This document shows positions 30,365 to 39,825 of a DNA stretch of 64,000 bases, in pieces. The notes under the pieces are model-generated. The model saw only the letters and a list, made by a program, of their open reading frames with translations, had not been told where the DNA came from and made no database searches. The position numbers and the translations under genes are program-made. The DNA is taken from NCBI GenBank assembly GCA_020348925.1, contig CP070758.1, forward strand, positions 1,134,469 through 1,198,468. Reading direction: 5' to 3'. Every line of letters begins with the position of its first letter. The first letter of the stretch is position 1. This DNA is from Gemmatimonadota bacterium. Its GTDB lineage: Bacteria > JBHIER01 > G020348925.

Positions 30365-31603
30365 TCATATCAAACGGCGCAGGGTGATGGTCACATGCAT
30401 CATTGTGCCGTCGCGGGAGATGGTCAGGTGCAACCGCTCTCCCTCCTGCTGCAGCAGTTCGGTCACTTCATCCCTATTATACTGGGTTGGGGAACGTCCG
30501 TTGATCTCGACGACGACATCACCCTTCTCCAATCCGGCTTCACTCCCAGGCGAATCGGGGACGATACGGTCGATGCGAAACGTACCATCGCCCATCCGTC
30601 TCAGAGCGAGGCCGGACATGTTGAACTCGAAGGGTTCGTTGAAACGGCTGTTGGGCTCCAGGATCATACGTCGCCGCCCATAATCAAAAATGACCAGAAA
30701 CCGCTGAAGGGCGACACAACCGAGATTTCCTTCCCCTTCAATCTGAACGAGGTGCTCACTATCACTGAAGGCAGTGATAACATGATCAAGAGTATATTTC
30801 CCCAGGTGCAATGCCTGAACTCGACCGATATACCCCAACTCCTCGCCCAAAATACCCATGCCCAGGGAATATTCGATCCTTTTTTCGGGCAGAGTAATAT
30901 CCTCGTGTCCCTTCACATTGAGGGAAAGAGCATGAGAAGCACCCAGATCGACCACAAGTTGGAGGGAAACAGCTTTGCCTTCGGGTAAATCCGCAGTGGC
31001 CGAGATCGTGGGGGCGCCGTCGTGAAGCCAACCGGCTGGCAGTATCTCTCCACTTCCCGAAGAGTCGAATTTTTCCGGCTCTGTAACCGTCAGAGTCATC
31101 TTGTCATAATCAAGTGTCACCACAAAATTGTTGAACAGCGATCCCCCGATGTATCCGTCCTCTCCCTCAAAGGCAACAGCTCGGATTGAGTCGTAAGGCA
31201 TGACGATACAAGTTTGGTTCGTCAATTCGAGACCGGGAAATATCACCCCAACGCCGACGGCCAGGTCCGCCGGTACCGGCTCACTTCCACCGGCACCACC
31301 CACTCCAATTTTACTCATGTACTCCAAATCCATGTCGTCGATATGCGGACCGCCGTGGAGTATGACTCCTTCTGCTGTGAAACCGGTATCAACGCAGAGC
31401 CGCAACAACTTTCCCCCTATTTCGGCTTGGACAATGACGTGATGTCGATACAGTTCAAAGGGGACGGTCGCTTCGCCCTGCGCCTTCAACATGCTGTATC
31501 CACCGGGCGACGGAGCCTGAATAGCCCGATCTTGAGAGTTTACCGACACAAGACTCATCAGGAGTACTACTGTTACCCAAAGGAATATTTTCTTCGATTT
31601 CAT
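30365..31603 (-). CDS. Exported retropepsin-like aspartyl protease with PDZ domain
   Basis: VDTGF and VDLGA motifs; PDZ 'DSPGSEAGLEKGDVVVEING'. Confidence 0.88.
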   Translation of the reverse strand: MKSKKIFLWVTVVLLMSLVSVNSQDRAIQAPSPGGYSMLKAQGEATVPFELYRHHVIVQAEIGGKLLRLCVDTGFTAEGVILHGGPHIDDMDLEYMSKIGVGGAGGSEPVPADLAVGVGVIFPGLELTNQTCIVMPYDSIRAVAFEGEDGYIGGSLFNNFVVTLDYDKMTLTVTEPEKFDSSGSGEILPAGWLHDGAPTISATADLPEGKAVSLQLVVDLGASHALSLNVKGHEDITLPEKRIEYSLGMGILGEELGYIGRVQALHLGKYTLDHVITAFSDSEHLVQIEGEGNLGCVALQRFLVIFDYGRRRMILEPNSRFNEPFEFNMSGLALRRMGDGTFRIDRIVPDSPGSEAGLEKGDVVVEINGRSPTQYNRDEVTELLQQEGERLHLTISRDGTMMHVTITLRRLI

Positions 31604-31646
31604 GAACCTCTTCATTCCCAGTTTTTGTGATACTGGCTTATATACA

Positions 31647-32861
31647 TCACTTATCCTTTGGCACAAACTCCTCACTCCCATCATCATGCACAAAAGTCAA
31701 TCCGATAACTATACCCTGGTCGTCTCTTTCGAATCGAATTCTGGGAAGCTTATTCATGGGCACCATTCCCCCGGTTAATTCAGGACGATAGAGATGATCA
31801 TCATTTTCAACAAGCTTCATTTTTATGGTTCCATCTCTCTGAATATACAATGCACCATTCTCGAAGGTGACGCTTCTCACTCCCCCGTATCGTCCACAGA
31901 ATTGATGATCCTCAGTTCTCCGCTTTCCTTCCTTCGACGCCTTTTCCACGGGATGACTTTTCTCAAGTTTGATCAAGCTGTTTTTTTGATCAACGGTTAT
32001 TGATAACTCTTTGAGTACGGGATACCCAATGGTTATGAAGTCTCCAGGTCTGTCTTCCAAGACGATGTCAGGGGATTCGAAAATGATGTCGGCCACCCGG
32101 ATCTGGCCATCCAGTTGGGCCTTCCAGATCTTGAAGGAGGCCCCGATCATTCCCGCGCGGCCCATTTCTGTCGGCGGTGTCTTCAACTTTAACGTATTTT
32201 GGTGAGCAAGCGGGAAGGCAAAGGACGCCGGGCATCCTGTGTCGAGATGTGCCACTTTTTCGGTTCCGCCGATGTCGATGTGCACGCTCATCATTGAACC
32301 GAACGGAATCACATTTTCTGAATTGTGTTGAAGGTGCCCTCTATCAAATACAATCTTCTCCCCGGGATAGTCAATGGTTACGAGATAGTCTGAAAAAGGC
32401 TGCAGGCCCAGTATCCCGTCGACGGACAGCATGTCACCAAAGTCCAGCTTCACCATGGCTATATACGAAAGGTGAATGTCACCCAGAGAAACGCTCGGAA
32501 CATTGACAATACTCGCCATGATGGGCTCTGTGCTTGCCGGACTGCTGACGCTCGTTTCTCCGATAACCTCGAGACCCAATATGGCTGCATATTGTGCGCT
32601 GATAGTACTCATCCCCGCACCCGTGTCAAAATCGAACCGATAAGGACCCTCGCCATTAATCTTTAACTCGACGTTTGGCACCATCGTGCTGAGATCCATG
32701 GGGACGGTTGTTGTCTCATTCATCTTCTGGAGGGCAAAACAGTTCAATGAGAAGAGAAGAAGAATCCACGAAACAATACATATCGAATGACCTTTGGGAA
32801 AAATACTTCTCCCGTCTTTTTCGCTTCTCTTTTTCGTGATTGCAGATACAAGTTTTTCCAT
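31647..32861 (-). CDS. Exported twin retropepsin-like aspartyl protease with DUF3471-like tail
   Basis: FDTGA, DGILG, LDTGC; tail 'GRYGGVRSVTFENGALYIQR...IRFERDDQG'. Confidence 0.85.
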   Translation of the reverse strand: MEKLVSAITKKRSEKDGRSIFPKGHSICIVSWILLLFSLNCFALQKMNETTTVPMDLSTMVPNVELKINGEGPYRFDFDTGAGMSTISAQYAAILGLEVIGETSVSSPASTEPIMASIVNVPSVSLGDIHLSYIAMVKLDFGDMLSVDGILGLQPFSDYLVTIDYPGEKIVFDRGHLQHNSENVIPFGSMMSVHIDIGGTEKVAHLDTGCPASFAFPLAHQNTLKLKTPPTEMGRAGMIGASFKIWKAQLDGQIRVADIIFESPDIVLEDRPGDFITIGYPVLKELSITVDQKNSLIKLEKSHPVEKASKEGKRRTEDHQFCGRYGGVRSVTFENGALYIQRDGTIKMKLVENDDHLYRPELTGGMVPMNKLPRIRFERDDQGIVIGLTFVHDDGSEEFVPKDK

Positions 32862-32935
32862 GTTGATCTCTCCATAAAATTTGAATGCGTCTCTCATCCA
32901 CCATCCTCTCGTATCATCTTCACATCGCAGCTCCA

Positions 32936-35185
32936 TCACATCACCCAGGCATAACTGAGTTTCATGAAGAATGTCCTGTCGTTCTGAGTCAAATCGTACT
33001 CCTGACGTCCGTAATAATTGTCACTGTAGCCGACAAAGAAAACCGTAAACGGGTTTATTTTGTATGAGAATAAAAACTGAGAGAAAAAGTGTTTGTATCT
33101 CGAATCAAGCTCAAAAGTATAGTTACCCACATTGTAATCGTAGTCGACATACTGGAGTATGGAACGAAAAAATGTACGCGTATTCACATGAAAGACGGCC
33201 GTGACCTGACTGATGTTGGCGGTATAGAGACGTCCCGAGTCAACAGACATGTGCTCGAAGGTGTGATCGAAATCGAGTCTGCAGTGGCGCCCCAGGTTCA
33301 GATACAGCGATGGGACCAGATTGATCCTACTGCCCCGGCGGGTATTGGCATAATCGATGCGATCACCGAAATAGTACGCAATATGAAACCAGATGTTACT
33401 TTCAGGCCTGAATCCGAGGCATCCGTAGTACTCCACGAGATCGAACGCACGCCCACCATAGGCTTCCTGAAACATCCTGCCGCCAAAAGACCCGTGGGAT
33501 TGCTTGATCCCTGCGAACTGCGCCCACAGCGCACCGTTCTTGAGAAGCAGGTCACTATTTGCTTTTTCATAATAATTGAGTTCATTCCCCACCACGAAGC
33601 TGGACCACCAGCTGCCGGGCTCGCCGATCCAGGTATAATGCACACCCCCTTCAACGTTCCGAAATCCGACCATGGGTATGAACCCCAGATCCGCACGAAA
33701 ATCGGGGCCGACGTCATCGTAATCCAACCACCACCCCCAGTTTCGAGCCCTGTGATCGTACTCAAAGGCAAAAAAATGGTCCTTCAATTTCCCACTTCCC
33801 TGATCGAATTCAACAGCCGTTTCATCGGGGTACTGGGTATTCGATCCCAAAGCCTGAATCTGAACACGATCACAATTTGTGAGGCGAATGTCCCCGTCAA
33901 TTCCCACCAGACGGTTGTAATAATCACTCCCCTCACGATCGGTCGCCATCAGACCGAGGGTGTACTTTCTCCCCATGTCCCGTTTGTACCGGAACACACC
34001 TGACGTGTTTTTCTGGTCCAGGGAGGTCGATGATGATGATTGGCTGCCGGGAAAGATAAAATTGGTCACATCATCCCGCACCAGGTAGGCACCGATGGTG
34101 TGCACGCCCTCCTTTCCGGTCAATTTCATGCCCCAATCCGGATCCCGCATCGTCCGGGTATATACAGCTCTCTTGAGGGTTGAGAAATAATCGGCACCCT
34201 CTGTGAAAAAAGGTCGCTTCTCCGGAAAGCTCAGGGCAAAGGGCTCGTTGATATCGAGCTGCATGGCATCGGCCTCGACTTGAGAGAAGTCCGGATTGAT
34301 GGTACCATTGAGCGTCATGTTCGTTGTGACGCCCCACCGGCCCGAGAAACCTCCTTCGACGTCCTCATTCATCGTCTCAAAGTTACCATGGGGCAATTCG
34401 GATCGTTCATCCGTTCGTCCACCAATGAGTGTCGGTACCAATTCGATATTCCGACCCGGGGTCACACCTTCGAATCCCTCTATTTTATAAGCCTGACACA
34501 GGGAGCAATCGTTACTGCGGTCATCCGGATTATTATTAATCCAATAGTCGTGAGCACGGGGGTACAAACGAGCGGCAACAAATCCCCACGTCTGCGGTCC
34601 CTCAATTCTCTGAAAGCGAATAGAGTTGAATGGGACCGATATTTCAGCGACCCATCCCCAATCGGTGATCTTACCGGCCGAGTTCCAGATGGCGTCCCAG
34701 CCGGTGTCGTCGATCTCAAATGCTCGGATGTAATCCATCTGCACCCCAAAGGGATTCACGCAAAAGTTGTAGGCCCTTCGCTCATCATTAAACGTATCGA
34801 ATATGGCCACAACCCGGTCATCATCCCAGGCCCTGTCACGATCATTGATACGGGCCCGAATGCAGGACGGTTCGGGATCAAAACAGCGGAAGGCAATATA
34901 CAGGTTTTTTTCTCCATACGTCAGGAGGACCTCCGTGCGAACCGGTGGAAGTACGTTCTCTCCCGGAGAGACCTCATATTTCAGTTCCTGTACAAGAGCA
35001 TTCGCCCAAGCTTGCTCGTCGAGCACGGCGTCAATCTTCATGCCAGACTCGGTCCTTGGAACTATAAAGGGATCTTCTGAAGTGCCCGCGTCAGAATATC
35101 CTAACTCACAAATCATGAAAATGAATAAAAATGCCATCGGAAGTATTATTTTTCTTGAAATGCAGATTCGTCCTCTGTCTCTCAT
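32936..35185 (-). CDS. CBM9-like plus DUF5916 outer-membrane protein
   Basis: IDAVLDEQAW, INPDFSQVEADAMQLDINEPFALSFPEKRPFFTEG; AAAGGAG RBS. Confidence 0.9.
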   Translation of the reverse strand: MRDRGRICISRKIILPMAFLFIFMICELGYSDAGTSEDPFIVPRTESGMKIDAVLDEQAWANALVQELKYEVSPGENVLPPVRTEVLLTYGEKNLYIAFRCFDPEPSCIRARINDRDRAWDDDRVVAIFDTFNDERRAYNFCVNPFGVQMDYIRAFEIDDTGWDAIWNSAGKITDWGWVAEISVPFNSIRFQRIEGPQTWGFVAARLYPRAHDYWINNNPDDRSNDCSLCQAYKIEGFEGVTPGRNIELVPTLIGGRTDERSELPHGNFETMNEDVEGGFSGRWGVTTNMTLNGTINPDFSQVEADAMQLDINEPFALSFPEKRPFFTEGADYFSTLKRAVYTRTMRDPDWGMKLTGKEGVHTIGAYLVRDDVTNFIFPGSQSSSSTSLDQKNTSGVFRYKRDMGRKYTLGLMATDREGSDYYNRLVGIDGDIRLTNCDRVQIQALGSNTQYPDETAVEFDQGSGKLKDHFFAFEYDHRARNWGWWLDYDDVGPDFRADLGFIPMVGFRNVEGGVHYTWIGEPGSWWSSFVVGNELNYYEKANSDLLLKNGALWAQFAGIKQSHGSFGGRMFQEAYGGRAFDLVEYYGCLGFRPESNIWFHIAYYFGDRIDYANTRRGSRINLVPSLYLNLGRHCRLDFDHTFEHMSVDSGRLYTANISQVTAVFHVNTRTFFRSILQYVDYDYNVGNYTFELDSRYKHFFSQFLFSYKINPFTVFFVGYSDNYYGRQEYDLTQNDRTFFMKLSYAWVM

Positions 35186-35216
35186 GTGTTCTCCTTTCTT
35201 AGAATATTGATCATTC

Positions 35217-36242
35217 CTATTTGTCATCAAGCCTGTTTTTCAAAACTTCAATAATTCCGGCGTCCACCCAAAACAAGGTTCCGTGACCATTTTGGGGGTG
35301 CCTATATAATTTCAAAAGCTCTCCGTATGTCTTATTTTGAAACAGACTCGATTCAAGAGGTCTGCCACTTGAGAAAAAAATATATGCACCGTCCGGAGAG
35401 ATTCTGGGGCCAAAATCATGCGAGGCCGAATTCACAGACTCTCCCATATTGATCGGTTCGCTCCACAGTCCGTCATCCCCTTTGAAACTCGCATAGAGAT
35501 CATTCCCACCGTACCCCCCCGGGCGGGTCGATTGAAACAGTAAACAACTCTCATCCGGTGCAATACACGGGCTGCTTTCATGACCCGTATTGATACCATT
35601 ATTCAAACGTACGGGAACCGAATATGTCTTATCTTTGAATCGAGAAACATACAAAGTATCATTTACCTCAAAGTACATCGAGCCGTGGGACGACACGGAG
35701 ACATCCCAGACATCACGCCTGTCGTTGATTGCATGGCCGAGGTTCACCGGTTCAGTCCACGAGCGACCGCTTTTCTCCACGTACCAGATATCAAAATCTT
35801 CCCGTGATTCGGTTCTATCCCTTACAGGTCTTTTGGAACAAAAATAGAGCCTTTTCCCATCAGGAGAAAAAGAGGGGGATGTATCCTGATACTTTCCTGA
35901 GAATGGAGCAACCTCCGGTTCTGACCAGATACCATGATCCCTCTTGAGACGGATTATCGTATAGTACCATCTCTTATCCGAGGTGACGTAAAACATCTCA
36001 TTGCCGTCGGGAGAAATTGTGAGTCTCAATTCATGAAATCCATGGGAAATGATACCAGGTCCAAACACTTCAGGTATCGGTCCCGGTGGCTTCTGTCCCA
36101 AATAATCGCCCTTGAGGAGGGGCCAATCTGTTGAACCGCAATGATTACTACCACCGAAGAAGAGGAACATCGAGATCACTACTAAGATGAAACGTGACCA
36201 CACACAACGCTTGAATGACATGACAACTTTAAACATCTTCAT
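35217..36242 (-). CDS. PD40 propeller protein
   Basis: GDYLGQKPPGPIPEVFGPGIIS; SPDG repeats. Confidence 0.85.
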   Translation of the reverse strand: MKMFKVVMSFKRCVWSRFILVVISMFLFFGGSNHCGSTDWPLLKGDYLGQKPPGPIPEVFGPGIISHGFHELRLTISPDGNEMFYVTSDKRWYYTIIRLKRDHGIWSEPEVAPFSGKYQDTSPSFSPDGKRLYFCSKRPVRDRTESREDFDIWYVEKSGRSWTEPVNLGHAINDRRDVWDVSVSSHGSMYFEVNDTLYVSRFKDKTYSVPVRLNNGINTGHESSPCIAPDESCLLFQSTRPGGYGGNDLYASFKGDDGLWSEPINMGESVNSASHDFGPRISPDGAYIFFSSGRPLESSLFQNKTYGELLKLYRHPQNGHGTLFWVDAGIIEVLKNRLDDK

Positions 36243-36585
36243 CCAACGGAGTATTCTTCACCGACGGTTCATACCGCTCATAATAGCCGACCAGGTGACC
36301 GTTGGCATCCCGGATGGCCCGCATGAAGATGCGATGCTTCTCATTGTCGGTAATGAGCCGTTCCTCTTCCCCTCTGTGAAAAGCATCGAAGACCTCGTGG
36401 ATTGTTTGCCTGGACTGTTCATTGTGACAATGAAAAATTGAACGACCGATCAAGGCGACCCCTTCCTCGTAGTGACGCTGAGCGGCCTTATTCATGTATC
36501 GAATTATGTGATCCGTGTCGACGAAGACCAGGGGATCCTTGAGACTGTCCAGAATGGCGGCCATGAGATGTACATGAATTGTCAT
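36229..36585 (-). CDS. Stand-alone PAS-domain protein
   Basis: ILDSLKDPLVFVDTDHIIRYMNKAA...LIGRSIFHCH. Confidence 0.85.
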   Translation of the reverse strand: MTIHVHLMAAILDSLKDPLVFVDTDHIIRYMNKAAQRHYEEGVALIGRSIFHCHNEQSRQTIHEVFDAFHRGEEERLITDNEKHRIFMRAIRDANGHLVGYYERYEPSVKNTPLDEDV

Positions 36586-36641
36586 ACGGAGCCCTTTCTA
36601 TAACTCTCCCATTTGCGGTAAGCAGATAACCTACACTTGCT

Positions 36642-36677
36642 TTAGATACAATATTCCGTTCGATTGTTTCAGGGGAT
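36642..36677 (-). promoter_or_regulatory. ECF-sigma-like promoter, copy 1
   Basis: ATCCCCTGAAAC-N15-TGTATCTAA; same motif and spacing at 41028-41063. Confidence 0.6.
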
Positions 36678-36770
36678 AGTCAAAAGAATAGACTGTGGGT
36701 GACACAGCGTTCGGCTTTTCAAAGAAAAAACCTTATGGGACAGGACTTAAAACGGGATCTCGGCCGTCGG

Positions 36771-37805
36771 TTATGAGATTAAGACTCTTAAATTTCTGGT
36801 AAAAATTGGGAAATATTTCTCTTCACATGCAGGGTAGAATTTTCTAAGCTTTTGACCGAGGGAATCCAGCAAGTGTTCATCCGGTTCTCCCTTCAGAATC
36901 TTCCGTGTTTCCTCTTCCGTGACATCCTCCAACCTTCCAGCCATTCTCAGAAATTTCTCGTTCTCAGGGCATCCAACCTGACACTTCATGCAACCCATGA
37001 GGGCATTATGCATGCTCGGAAGAAGAAATCTCGGAAACGTGCCCTCAACCTCATTGTAAAGCGTAACACACTTGCCCACATCAATCACGAAATGCTCTTC
37101 CGTTATACAGTTTGTCGGACAGATCCCATAACAGATCCTACAGTTTTTGCACAGATCCAACATTTTCAGCTCATGCCAATGGTTCTCCTCAAACTTAAAA
37201 TCGGTTAAAAAAGCGTACAATGTGAGAAAATTTCCCATTCCATCGACAAAGCAAAGGTTATTTCTGCCATACGTACCGAGGCCGCTTCTGACGGCCAGGA
37301 GTTTTAAATGAACCTTGTCCGCCTTTTCAATTCTGTATCCGGGTTCTTGAATAATGTCTTTCAGTATGAGGCCCTTCAAATCATCAATTGAAATACCGTC
37401 ATCGTAATATTGAGGTGGGAGCATGATGTCGTACTTTTTTCCACCGAGGTGAAAATTGACGTACATCATTCTGGTAAAAGTCGCTAACACAATGATCGAT
37501 TGTGCATCGGGGAAATTTTCAGGAATCTCAAACCTCATATCGTCGATATAACTTCGAAACGTCTTATTCCTACTGAGTTTGCCTTTACGTTTCAATATGT
37601 CGATATCTTCTTGAAGCTCTTTGAAATGACCGAGAGACAGAGTTCTGTGCTGATACACAATATCAGGGGGCGAACCGTATCCTTCTCTTGTGCCTGACAG
37701 TGCAAGGAGATCTTCGGGTTTCAGATGGAGCAATGAGCAGAAGAACACCAGATTCTTCATAAAATCTCTGCGGGATTGTGAAGCAGAATCTGTTAAATAT
37801 TCCAT
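36771..37805 (-). CDS. QueG/reductive-dehalogenase-like 2x[4Fe-4S] protein with Tat-like signal
   Basis: SRRDFMK; KLLAVRSGLGTYGRNNL; CKNCRICYGICP and C...CMKCQVGCP. Confidence 0.8.
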   Translation of the reverse strand: MEYLTDSASQSRRDFMKNLVFFCSLLHLKPEDLLALSGTREGYGSPPDIVYQHRTLSLGHFKELQEDIDILKRKGKLSRNKTFRSYIDDMRFEIPENFPDAQSIIVLATFTRMMYVNFHLGGKKYDIMLPPQYYDDGISIDDLKGLILKDIIQEPGYRIEKADKVHLKLLAVRSGLGTYGRNNLCFVDGMGNFLTLYAFLTDFKFEENHWHELKMLDLCKNCRICYGICPTNCITEEHFVIDVGKCVTLYNEVEGTFPRFLLPSMHNALMGCMKCQVGCPENEKFLRMAGRLEDVTEEETRKILKGEPDEHLLDSLGQKLRKFYPACEEKYFPIFTRNLRVLIS

Positions 37806-37876
37806 CCCTCTGCCCCTTTTTGTATTCAGAAGTTTCATCCTTCTCTCTTGATTCTCTAACCTGGTTTTTTCATGAG

Positions 37877-37965
37877 CTGTCATTCCGGCTGGAATGCCGG
37901 AATCTCTTCGATTGATGCAACGGATTCTCTATTCAGGAGATTCCGGGATAAACCCGTCATGACAG
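37877..37965. repeat. Second copy of the palindromic REP/MITE-like element
   Basis: CTGTCATTCCGG...CCGGAATCTC...GAGATTCCGG...ATGACAG. Confidence 0.75.
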
Positions 37966-38133
37966 AGTATACAATTGTGGGCGATACTACCGAACAAAGC
38001 TCAACACCAGTATTCATTACAATTCCATAAATATATTCTTGTTACGTTGCGTTTGCAGTGGTTTTATGAATTGTCCAGGCTAAAAAGTATTGCGGTCTGA
38101 CACGTATCCAAACTCAATAGATCAATCACAGTT

Positions 38134-39825
38134 TCATCGATCTTCGCATGCTGCCGCTTCATCCATCGTACTGCCATCTCCATTCTCCAATACCTCGAGC
38201 AAACGGAAAGATAACGCATCCAGATGGAACGTACTGGGGTCTTTGGCACTGGCAAGGATAGAAATACTCATCATCTTTCGCGGCTTGATCATGAGATGCG
38301 CCTGAGGTTTCCCGTTTGAACCTCCGTGTAGAATGGTCAGATAATCGTCGTTCAAATTCTGGATCCCCCATCCTATCCCTGTGGGTCCATTGTGATATTG
38401 AATCATCTCATCGAAAAACAGCTCTTCTGGAACATAGACATGATGCATCACACCGATAGAGAATAAGGCCATGTCATGAATGTTTGAGTAAACCCTGGCA
38501 CCGGGCGCCCGAAAATCCTCGCCTGCTCTGAATGATTTGGCCCCTGCAGGAGAACCGATGTAAGTTTTCACGGACTGGCTGTACGACATCCCCGTCACAT
38601 CCTCGATCACATGCCCCAAAATACCGTAACCGGGTGTTGAGTAGTGATTCCTGGTTCCGGGTGCGAATTTCAGATTCAGTTTTCCGTTGACCCAGGTCGG
38701 CTCATCGTTATGGGGAACACCGCTGGTATGAGTCAGCAAATGGCGGATCGTCAGGACCGATTCCTGATAGAGATCGGGCATACCATTGCGATATCGAGGA
38801 GAATACGTCCAAATGGGATCATCGATGCTCTCGATGATCCTCTGCGAGACGAGATGCATGACGAGCATGGCCGTCACCGGCTTGGATACCGAGCCCCAGG
38901 CACAGGAATATAGGAGACTTCGCTCTCCATAGGTCTTGGTCAGGACAATTTCGCCGTCGACAACGACTCCGACGTTGACGTAATGATACCTGTTGAGCAT
39001 CGCGTACACTTCATGGTCAATCCCCTCCAAGACGGACGTCTCCAGTACCTCGACGCCTGTCCGGGCGGATCTCGATCCAGCGCCATAGTCTGAAGGTATT
39101 AACCCACACGCATCTTCCACCTTGGGATCAGCTCCTTTTTCAATGAGAACCTGGACCGCTTCTTGCTGATCATAGCGCTCCGCCACATGGAGAGCCGTCC
39201 GACCCAATCCATCTCTGGCAAATAAGAGGTTCGGGTGAAGATCGATAAGGGAGGTCAGGCTCGATACGTCTCCCACTTGAGATGCCCAGTGCAAAGGATA
39301 AAGCCGACGTGCCACTCTCCAGTGACCCATCTCCTCGGCCGATTGGGCCGGTTTTCGCCCATCGGTGTCCTCGGCATAAACGTCGGCTCCATGATCGATT
39401 AACATCCGCACTGTCGATTCATGTCCCCGCTCTGCCGCCCAGTGAAGGGCCGTATAACCGCAGTGCGTCGTCGCTTCAAGCGCGGCACCGCTGTCAAGGA
39501 GACACCGGACCATATCCTCTCGACCCCGCTGGGCGGCGTAGTGCAGCGGTGTAAATCCGTACCGGTCAGCAGCATTGACATCGCCATTTTTCGAGAGGAG
39601 AAGTTCAACAATCTCCGGTCGGTTTTTGAGAACAGCGTTGTGTAAACGCGTCCTGCCATCGTCGTATCTGCTTTGAAGATAGTGAGGCCGGAGCGCGAGA
39701 ATGGCTTTGGCTCTCATCATGTTTCCATCTCTCAACGCGTCGTCAAGTTGCGATTCTCCGCAATGTACAAAAAGGGACAGCATGAGAAAGCATAATACCA
39801 TGTCACAGCTGTTATATCTTATCAT
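38134..39825 (-). CDS. Exported ankyrin-repeat plus serine hydrolase (beta-lactamase-like) fusion
   Basis: TPLHYAA/TALHWAA repeats; SVSK, LLTHTSG, YST, HGGS. Confidence 0.88.
   Translation of the reverse strand: MIRYNSCDMVLCFLMLSLFVHCGESQLDDALRDGNMMRAKAILALRPHYLQSRYDDGRTRLHNAVLKNRPEIVELLLSKNGDVNAADRYGFTPLHYAAQRGREDMVRCLLDSGAALEATTHCGYTALHWAAERGHESTVRMLIDHGADVYAEDTDGRKPAQSAEEMGHWRVARRLYPLHWASQVGDVSSLTSLIDLHPNLLFARDGLGRTALHVAERYDQQEAVQVLIEKGADPKVEDACGLIPSDYGAGSRSARTGVEVLETSVLEGIDHEVYAMLNRYHYVNVGVVVDGEIVLTKTYGERSLLYSCAWGSVSKPVTAMLVMHLVSQRIIESIDDPIWTYSPRYRNGMPDLYQESVLTIRHLLTHTSGVPHNDEPTWVNGKLNLKFAPGTRNHYSTPGYGILGHVIEDVTGMSYSQSVKTYIGSPAGAKSFRAGEDFRAPGARVYSNIHDMALFSIGVMHHVYVPEELFFDEMIQYHNGPTGIGWGIQNLNDDYLTILHGGSNGKPQAHLMIKPRKMMSISILASAKDPSTFHLDALSFRLLEVLENGDGSTMDEAAACEDR

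Noticed and set aside
37806-37883. N-terminal extension of the QueG-like ORF
   Set aside because: The upstream ATG comes from the palindromic element's ATGAC end; the ATG at 37805 gives a normally placed twin-arginine motif.
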